From Cyanobacteria bacterium P01_A01_bin.123 (GTDB lineage: Bacteria > Cyanobacteriota > Cyanobacteriia > Phormidesmidales > Phormidesmidaceae): a stretch of 64,000 nucleotides of DNA. The stretch covers positions 1 through 64,000 of the forward strand of contig JBCBZT010000038.1 of NCBI GenBank assembly GCA_039815185.1. Reading direction: 5' to 3'. The notes under the pieces are model-generated. The model did not search any database and was not told where the DNA came from. It saw only the letters and a list, made by a program, of their open reading frames with translations. Below, piece by piece: positions 57,080 to 64,000 of the stretch; positions within the stretch are counted from its first letter, which is position 1, and each line of letters starts with the position of its first letter. The position numbers and the translations under genes were made by a program.

Positions 57080-59460
57080 AACAACCGATGTTCATCAACG
57101 ACATCAATACGCTTAATTTTCCAGACTGAATCGACATAGGTAAGGGTGATGGAGGCTACGTAGAGGTTGTGGCGATAGTGGGTATGGCCAAAGTGGCTCA
57201 CGGCCCCGCCGACCATCCATTCGGCTTGCACCAAGAGTTGCTTGCCGGGTGCGGAGTGGACGGAGCTGACTTCGGTAACATCCACTTGATCGACGCGGGC
57301 GCGGGCGCCGCCTCGGTTTTCCACTTCTAGGGCGCGGCGATTTTCGAGATAAATGTCTGTGAGCTGTTCGCCTTCCACACTGACGGCAAGTTTGTCATAA
57401 ATCGCTTCTTCAGTGTTGAACGCAAAGGATTGGTAGATGTTGGTGAGCAATTTTTCCACGATCAGGGCAGCTTGGGTTGGCGAAGGTTGGGGTTGAAAGG
57501 GCGGCGGCAGCTGCAGCGGTAAGGCTCCGACTGGGTATACCCAAATCGCCAGCGGTAGCATTAAACGGGTGGCGGCAAAGGCAAAACGGGGGTGCTCACC
57601 CTTGAAGAAGAATCCCCGTTTATCGAGCCATAACGCTGCGATGATCAGAATCAAGGAGACAACGGGAAGGGTGCGATGGGTAACGTTTACCCCAATGGCT
57701 TCGATATTGGGGACGGCGACATTAACCAGGGCATTTTGCCAGCGAGCGCTGGGCTGCTGTGGTGTTAGCACCTGTTCTTCGCTGCCTTGGGGATCGGTGA
57801 TGGTAGTTGCAATGCGCTGAATCGTTGGCGAGAAAATTGACCACTCGACGGTGACCGATTGGGGGACGGCGGTGGTGGGGTAGCGTAAAACAACGCCCAG
57901 CGTTGCTTCGTCAAGCACTTCAGGGATGGGGGTTTCTCGATTGGCGATGCCAGTCTCTTCGACGATGACGAAGTTCACCTGATCGAGGATAGGGGGGGCA
58001 ACGGTGTCGTCAATGGTTAGAACGAGGCCGTCGGCTAAAGCTTGGGCGATCGCTTGCTTGAAAGATTCCTGGGCGCCCACCGCCAAGGTGGGGGTATTGG
58101 GTGGCGTTTCAATCAGGTCGCTGGCGAGCAGTGCAGAGACATCCAGCAAAATTTCAGCGCGCACTTCCAACGGCTCTATGGTGACGAATCCTTCGATGGC
58201 AAAGGTGCGATCGAGGGATTCGTCAGAGCTTGCTGATTCGTCGTCTAACAAGGCATCGGTTTTGGACTGCAAATCTGATTCGGGGGCCGCAAAAGTCCCC
58301 GAATCAGGTGTGATAGCTGGCGCCGTTGCAGATGCGTTCAAGACAACGTTTGCTCCAGTGTCTGCCCCTGTTGGGGTAGCACTAGACGCCGACGATACAG
58401 CCGAAAGGGATTGCCCTTGATAGGCTTGGGGAATCGCGATCGCCACAATGGCCAAGCCTGCTAAACCGTACCCAATGCCCCGTCGCCATTGGCTCACCTG
58501 GGGGATGCGATGCCCTAGGGTCATCAGCCATGGAATCACTAACATCACCAGCAACTGGGCGGCGTCCATCCCTAGGATCAGCACCAGCAGACGTATGCCT
58601 AGTTGAACACTGCTAGCCCCGCCCTGACTCAATGCGCCCGCCCAACCCAAACCGTGTATGAGCCCCAAAATGGCTAGGGGTAGCACTACCCACTTGGAGA
58701 GCCAGTTAGGTGTCGCTGCCAGATCTCTGCGCGTACCTAATAAAGCCAACGCTGCTGTGGCTAGGATAACTGCTGTTTCAGCGATCGCTAACGGGAGGGT
58801 GATGCTGCTCACAGCCGCGATCGCGACGGATAGCAATCCTCCGACCGTAAAGGCGGTGACGAACTGCACCAGCTTGTTTGCCCGTGCCCAAAAGGCTAAA
58901 GCAATCAGGAACAGCAGATGGGGCCAAGCAATAAAAATATGACTCAAGCCCGCGATCACGTCCTGGCGTAGTTGGGGTATCCAGCTTGCCTCTGCGGTTT
59001 CAAACTGGTCTAGTGCAACTATGACGCCATCGTCTGTTGCGGCAAAGAACTGGCTTTGGGAAGTCCCCGCTTGCCAGTAAACCGTCACAATGCCGCCAGC
59101 CGTAGGCCAAGGTAAACCCAAGACATCATTACGGCTTAGGGGTTGGCCATCACAGGTAAATGCGAACTGCAAAACCGTTGCTGATGAGTCAGGCGGAGCC
59201 GCCTCGGAGAGGCGGCAGCGGGGAGGTAATTGGGGCGTCAACGCACTCCCGGCTAGAGCATTCGGCAAATCCACAGTCAGTTGATACTCAGCGCCTGGTT
59301 GTTCCTGTAGCTCTGCCAGGGTAACGTTGCCACCATGACCCATGGCAGGACGGGCCAACACCAGGCAGAGCAGGGCTAAAATTACCCCATGGGTTATGAT
59401 TTGCCACTTCCCCATGATGTTGTCCCAGATAGGCATCGAGGCGCGCTTGCGGTTGTTCAT
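57076..59460 (-). CDS. HupE/UreJ-domain membrane protein fused to a large uncharacterised domain
   Basis: Signal peptide then His; GLSHI...HLLFL and GLIHGLG motifs; C-terminal SHFGHTHYRHN. Confidence 0.75.
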   Translation of the reverse strand: MNNRKRASMPIWDNIMGKWQIITHGVILALLCLVLARPAMGHGGNVTLAELQEQPGAEYQLTVDLPNALAGSALTPQLPPRCRLSEAAPPDSSATVLQFAFTCDGQPLSRNDVLGLPWPTAGGIVTVYWQAGTSQSQFFAATDDGVIVALDQFETAEASWIPQLRQDVIAGLSHIFIAWPHLLFLIALAFWARANKLVQFVTAFTVGGLLSVAIAAVSSITLPLAIAETAVILATAALALLGTRRDLAATPNWLSKWVVLPLAILGLIHGLGWAGALSQGGASSVQLGIRLLVLILGMDAAQLLVMLVIPWLMTLGHRIPQVSQWRRGIGYGLAGLAIVAIAIPQAYQGQSLSAVSSASSATPTGADTGANVVLNASATAPAITPDSGTFAAPESDLQSKTDALLDDESASSDESLDRTFAIEGFVTIEPLEVRAEILLDVSALLASDLIETPPNTPTLAVGAQESFKQAIAQALADGLVLTIDDTVAPPILDQVNFVIVEETGIANRETPIPEVLDEATLGVVLRYPTTAVPQSVTVEWSIFSPTIQRIATTITDPQGSEEQVLTPQQPSARWQNALVNVAVPNIEAIGVNVTHRTLPVVSLILIIAALWLDKRGFFFKGEHPRFAFAATRLMLPLAIWVYPVGALPLQLPPPFQPQPSPTQAALIVEKLLTNIYQSFAFNTEEAIYDKLAVSVEGEQLTDIYLENRRALEVENRGGARARVDQVDVTEVSSVHSAPGKQLLVQAEWMVGGAVSHFGHTHYRHNLYVASITLTYVDSVWKIKRIDVVDEHRLL

Positions 59461-59592
59461 GAGCCTGATTAAATACCTTGGCGTGGATGCAAGGAAAAAG
59501 TTCTATGCCAGTAGAGCTTTGCTATGGCGTTGGTCAGAGGTTGAATGCACCGAGTCTCGCTGGGATGCTCAGCACATATGCAACCTGTCTCA

Positions 59593-59633
59593 CAGTAGCG
59601 CACAAAGCTTTGTGGCTACTGCTAATAACAAGC
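59593..59633. repeat. Second copy of the GTAGCGCACAAAGCTTTGTG.CTAC palindrome
   Basis: Matches 33869-33908. Confidence 0.8.
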
Positions 59634-60070
59634 TCACAATTGTGTACAGGAATCATTTGAAACTGGATTTAAACTCTTATTTGATTCCCAACCTCTTTGC
59701 GAGCCATACTCGCCTCAGATCAAAAACTCATTTCCATCAGAGCCACTGTTTAAAGGGTATCTTGAGGGTTCTCGAAGACCTTTATAACCCTAGATTTTTG
59801 CATCATAATAAGTCAACTGTTGGGTGAAGTAATCTATATCACCTACAAGCACAACTATCTACTTAAAAACCTGAAAATAGGCATTTTTTCGCACGATAGC
59901 TAAGCCGTAGCTCATCCATGAATCATGGTCGTTTTCAGCAAGCTCAAGTTCTAGGGGTCAAATTAGGTCCTCAGACCTATGTCATATGAGGCGTATGCCT
60001 CATGCGACTGCCCCCGGCTGCCGCATATTTTGAAATAGACCAGTGGGGCAACTGAGTGCTAGAAAATGGC

Positions 60071-60114
60071 CTTCATATGAGCTTCATACGAGCTTCACGC
60101 AAGCTTTATATGGG
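60071..60114. promoter_or_regulatory. Four 11-bp direct repeats, candidate regulator binding site
   Basis: CTTCATATGAG CTTCATACGAG CTTCACGCAAG CTTTATATGGG in the divergent intergenic region. Confidence 0.5.
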
Positions 60115-60338
60115 TTTTAAATCCAATCGTTGATAGAGTGCGTACTACTTGCGTAAGTTTTTAGATTGACTCCATGCAAAGCCGTGGATATTGCCGCATT
60201 TTTATCACTAACTACTAATGAAATTCCTTGACGAATTACTAATTTACTTATACGAAGATGGCTTTTGACTGAGCTATCTCTACAGCCTGTAAATGATATT
60301 TTGTTCTGAACGCCTACCCCCTCTGTCCTCCGCATATT

Positions 60339-61559
60339 ATGTTCAGAAAACCGTTTCGATCTATTGCCTCCAGATTCGCGATCGCAGCCCTAACTTGCTT
60401 ACTATGCATCTTTAGTTCGGCGTTTGTGTCGAGTGCGATCGCCCATGCGCTGGGTCAAAGCTACCTCTATTTTCATATTGGGGAAACGGCTGTCGAGACG
60501 CGCGTTGAGATGACCGTCCGCGATCTCAATGAGGTGCTAGGGCTGGGTTGGCCTGCCAACAAGAAGGTTCGCGACAGTGACATTGAGCCCCACCTTGAGC
60601 AGATCAAAGCCTACGTATCAGACAACTTGGCGGTTGGTAGCGAATCCCAAACCTATGACCTGGTGTTTCAGCAACATAGTTTTTTGAACACCACGTTTGC
60701 TCAGTTTTTGCAGCTGCGCTATGTCGTGGAAGGGTTTCAAGCCTTACCCGATTCCCTGGGGATCACCTATGACGTGTTCTTAGCTGAGAAGCCGCAGCAT
60801 ACCAATCTGGTGCTAATTGAACAGAACTGGAAGACGGGTACGTTTGCCAATGAATCGAATGCATCGCTGATTTATGCCGATCCTGGTCAAGCCCAAACCC
60901 TAGATATTTCTGGTGGCAGTGTGCTGCAGGGGGTTTTCGGTGTGGTGAGGCTGGGAGTAGGACACATCCTCAGTGGCATTGACCATGTGCTGTTTTTGGC
61001 GGCGCTGCTGCTGCCGTCGGTATTCTGGCGAGAAGCAGCGGATTGGAAACCTGTGGGCAAATTGGGTACGCCATTTGTGCGGGTGCTCAAGCTTGTGACG
61101 GCTTTTAGCGTGGTTCACACCCTGGCCCTGGGTTTGGGCTTGCTGCAAGTGGTTGCGGTGCCGCTGCGTTTAGTAGAGTCGGTCACGGCTGCGGCTATTG
61201 GCTTAGCTGCTGTAGAGATTTTTTACCCCGTTTTTAAGGGTTGGATATGGTTCATTGTTGCTGCCTTTGCTCTATTCCATGGGCTTGGCATTACGGATGA
61301 ATTGATTCAGAACGGAGCCATGAGTCAGTATCTCCCGCTTTCGCTGCTGGGTTTCAACTTAGGCATTGAGATCGGTCAAATCGTGATTGTCGCTGTGGCG
61401 GTACCGCTGCTTTATTTATTGCGTACCCAGCGGTTGTATCCCCGATATGCGATGCCGGCAGGGGGTGCCTTGCTGGGAGCAATGTCGCTCTACTGGTTCA
61501 TTGAGTATGCCTTTAACGTCAATATTCGAGTTTTACCTTTTATTCAGGGGTTGTTCTAG
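60339..61559 (+). CDS. HupE/UreJ family protein
   Basis: AH after signal peptide; GVGHILSGIDHVLFL, VTAFSVVHTL, LFHGLG and GFNLGIEIGQ motifs. Confidence 0.88.
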   Translation: MFRKPFRSIASRFAIAALTCLLCIFSSAFVSSAIAHALGQSYLYFHIGETAVETRVEMTVRDLNEVLGLGWPANKKVRDSDIEPHLEQIKAYVSDNLAVGSESQTYDLVFQQHSFLNTTFAQFLQLRYVVEGFQALPDSLGITYDVFLAEKPQHTNLVLIEQNWKTGTFANESNASLIYADPGQAQTLDISGGSVLQGVFGVVRLGVGHILSGIDHVLFLAALLLPSVFWREAADWKPVGKLGTPFVRVLKLVTAFSVVHTLALGLGLLQVVAVPLRLVESVTAAAIGLAAVEIFYPVFKGWIWFIVAAFALFHGLGITDELIQNGAMSQYLPLSLLGFNLGIEIGQIVIVAVAVPLLYLLRTQRLYPRYAMPAGGALLGAMSLYWFIEYAFNVNIRVLPFIQGLF

Positions 61560-61593
61560 GCATTGAAGCCCGATTTCGGACTGCGTTATTTCT

Positions 61594-62802
61594 ATGTTGA
61601 CTTTTACTCAAACTCCCATGACTCGCAATGCTATGACCGCCTCGCTGCCTTTACAAACGCGAGTCTTATCCGTTGAAGATATCCGCTCCATTATTGAGTA
61701 CGTGGGGCTAGATGCTCTGATGGATGAGATGATTGCACGGCTGACTGAGGCGTTTGAGTGCTTTGATCCGTCGGAGACTGTTGTTCCCGTACGTACGGGA
61801 TTTAGCTACGAGCAACCCCATGTCGGGCTAGTGGAGTGGATGCCGCTGTTTCAAAAGCATCAACAAATTGTCGTAAAGGCGGTGGGCTACCATCCCCAAA
61901 ACCCGAGTTTGCATAATCTACCGACGGTGCTTTCAACGGTCTCAGCCTACGACCCGACGTCGGGCCATTTATCTGCCCTGATGGACGGTACATTTCTGAC
62001 AGCGCTAAGGACAGGGGCGGCTTCGGCGATCGCGAGTCGGTATCTTGCCAACCCCAATAGTCGCGTGTTGGGGCTGATTGGGGCCGGGGCGCAGGCCGTC
62101 ACCCAGGTGCATGCCCTCTCTCGCTGCTTTGAGTTAGAGCAGATACTCATCTGCGATCGCGATCCAGCCGTCAGCCAATCCTTTGCCAATCGGGTGGCCG
62201 ATCTGCATCTGGGTTCTCTGGCGATTCGGCGGGCTCATAGGGCTGAGATTATAGCCACCGCAGATATTCTCTGCACAGCCACATCTGTGGATGTGGGGGA
62301 TGGGCCAGTCTTTGCCGATCAAACCTCAAAGCCTTGGCTGCACATTAATGCCGTAGGCGCTGACTTCCCCGGCAAGTTTGAGATCCCGTTGAGTTTGTTG
62401 GAACGCAGCTTTGTCTGCCCTGATTTCCGGGCGCAGGCCGTTCAAGAAGGGGAGTGTCAGCAGCTCAGCGAGCTTGAGATTGGGCCTGAGCTGTTTGAAG
62501 TAGCGCAGCATCCTAACGCGTATCAGCGATACCAGCATCAGCTCACCGTGTTTGATTCCACCGGATTCGCCCTGGAAGATCAGGTGGCAATGAACATGCT
62601 GCTGGACTATGCCACTGAACTCCAAATTGGTACTTGGCTTTGTTTAGAGAGTGCTTCAGCCGAGGTCAAAAATCCCTACAGCTTTGTCAACGAAGGGATC
62701 TCATCCTCCCTTTCTAAAGGGGAGGTGCCGCAGGCGGAGGGATGCTCATCGGTCGTCACCCTGTCGCAACAAAGCATGACAACTCCCCCAGTCCATCTGT
62801 AA
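61594..62802 (+). CDS. Ornithine cyclodeaminase/mu-crystallin family protein
   Basis: EWMP, LTALRTGAASA, IGAGAQA, HINAVGAD.PGK.E and FDSTGFALED motifs; start may be ~61618-61633. Confidence 0.92.
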   Translation: MLTFTQTPMTRNAMTASLPLQTRVLSVEDIRSIIEYVGLDALMDEMIARLTEAFECFDPSETVVPVRTGFSYEQPHVGLVEWMPLFQKHQQIVVKAVGYHPQNPSLHNLPTVLSTVSAYDPTSGHLSALMDGTFLTALRTGAASAIASRYLANPNSRVLGLIGAGAQAVTQVHALSRCFELEQILICDRDPAVSQSFANRVADLHLGSLAIRRAHRAEIIATADILCTATSVDVGDGPVFADQTSKPWLHINAVGADFPGKFEIPLSLLERSFVCPDFRAQAVQEGECQQLSELEIGPELFEVAQHPNAYQRYQHQLTVFDSTGFALEDQVAMNMLLDYATELQIGTWLCLESASAEVKNPYSFVNEGISSSLSKGEVPQAEGCSSVVTLSQQSMTTPPVHL

Positions 62803-62826
62803 ACCCTTAGCTTCCCCCAACGCGCA

Positions 62827-63975
62827 ATGGATTTTTCTTGGTCAGACGAACAACTCGCTTTTAAGCAACGCGTGATTGAGTTTGCGCAGGAAAACTTGAA
62901 TGGCGACACCCTCGAACGGGACTACCACGGCAAATTCTCTTGGGAGAACTGGCGCAAATGCGCTGAGTTTGGCATTCAGGGCATGTGTATGCCAGAGGAC
63001 TACAGCAACTCCCCCGCCCTCGATATCATGACGGCGGTGCTGGCCATGGAGGGGATGGGCTACGGCTGTGAAGACAACGGCCTGACGCTGGCCCTCAACG
63101 CCCAAATGTGGACGGTGCAGATTTTGCTGTTGCAGTTTGGTACGGACGCGCAAAAACAGCGCTATCTGTCAAGGCTTTGTGGGGGGGAATGGATCGGGGT
63201 GCACGCGCTATCAGAACCGAATGCCGGGTCTGATGTGTACAGTCTTAAAACCCAGGCGGATAAATGTGAGGGGGGGTATCGCCTCAACGGGCGCAAAAAG
63301 TTTGTCACCTGTGCGCCCATCTGTGACTTGGCGCTGGTGTTTGCCACCCTTGACCCGAGTTTGGGGAAGTGGGGCGTGACGGCCTTCTTAGTGGAGCGCA
63401 CCTCCCCTGGGTTTTCGACTGGCCCAGTCAAAGACAAGATGGGGCTACGCACCACTCCCTTTGGAGAAATCTTCTTTGAAGACTGTTTTGTACCCGAAGA
63501 GAACCGTTTGGGCCCAGAAGGGGCCGGTTTTAGCTTTTCCCACAATTCGCTGGAATATGACCGCTGCTTTAACCTGGCCAGTGAGCTAGGCACCATGGAG
63601 CGGCAGTTAGAAAAAACCGTGGCCTACGCCAAATCGCGAGAGCAGTATGGTCAGCCGATTGGTAAGTTTCAATCGGTCTCGAATCGGGTGGCCGATATGA
63701 AACTACGACTGGAGACGGCGCGACTGCTGCTTTATAAAGTGGCCTGGCTGAAAGACCGGGGACAACCCGCCATGATGGAGGCGGCGCTGCTGAAGCTTTA
63801 CCTGAGTGAATGTTTTGTGGCCTCCGGGCTAGATGCGGTGCGGATTCACGGCGGTAACGGCTATCTCACGGAATATGAGGTCGAACGCGACCTGCGCGAT
63901 GCCATTGGCGGGGTGATTTATGCCGGCACCTCAGATATTCAGCGCAACATCATTGCGCGATCGTTGGGACTTTAA
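62827..63975 (+). CDS. Acyl-CoA dehydrogenase family, prolyl-carrier-protein dehydrogenase-like
   Basis: LSEPNAGSD, KMGLR, R.QYGQPIGKFQ, HGGNGY and IYAGTSDIQR motifs. Confidence 0.88.
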   Translation: MDFSWSDEQLAFKQRVIEFAQENLNGDTLERDYHGKFSWENWRKCAEFGIQGMCMPEDYSNSPALDIMTAVLAMEGMGYGCEDNGLTLALNAQMWTVQILLLQFGTDAQKQRYLSRLCGGEWIGVHALSEPNAGSDVYSLKTQADKCEGGYRLNGRKKFVTCAPICDLALVFATLDPSLGKWGVTAFLVERTSPGFSTGPVKDKMGLRTTPFGEIFFEDCFVPEENRLGPEGAGFSFSHNSLEYDRCFNLASELGTMERQLEKTVAYAKSREQYGQPIGKFQSVSNRVADMKLRLETARLLLYKVAWLKDRGQPAMMEAALLKLYLSECFVASGLDAVRIHGGNGYLTEYEVERDLRDAIGGVIYAGTSDIQRNIIARSLGL

Positions 63976-63989
63976 GGAGCACTAGACCC

Positions 63990-64000
63990 ATGCTTTACCT
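63990..64000 (+). CDS. Start of the next operon gene (partial)
   Basis: AGGAG RBS then ATG CTT TAC CT at the window edge. Confidence 0.5.

Noticed and set aside
59990..60060. Cobalamin riboswitch upstream of the HupE genes
   Set aside because: ACTGCCCCCG resembles part of the motif, but I could not find GGGAA, GCAACTGT or the B12 box in the right order; an Rfam scan would settle it.

Overview
Cyanobacterial chromosomal window (frequent HIP1 GCGATCGC; filamentous Leptolyngbya-like gene content). Core or metabolic genes include carB, a probable 6S RNA, desA, a class II aldolase, N-heterocycle scavenging genes, a nucleoside ABC transporter and metal transport genes. They are interleaved with many accessory or decayed elements: (1) a group II intron whose RT/HNH ORF has two in-frame stops, ending just upstream of an internally deleted integron integrase; (2) an integrase-less cassette array with one canonical attC at 45401-45487; (3) an unannotated RAYT (REP-associated tyrosine transposase) remnant plus several GTAG-type REP families, which repeatedly bracket AT-rich immunity- or defence-like genes; (4) a SinI-like R-M pair with a broken endonuclease, TA modules and Rhs/ankyrin remnants. 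The right end opens a candidate uncharacterised biosynthetic/metal-uptake locus (two HupE/UreJ proteins, ABC-FtsX, ornithine cyclodeaminase, prolyl-carrier-type acyl-CoA dehydrogenase) that continues past the window. All calls come from reading the sequence and recalled family motifs; no searches were run.
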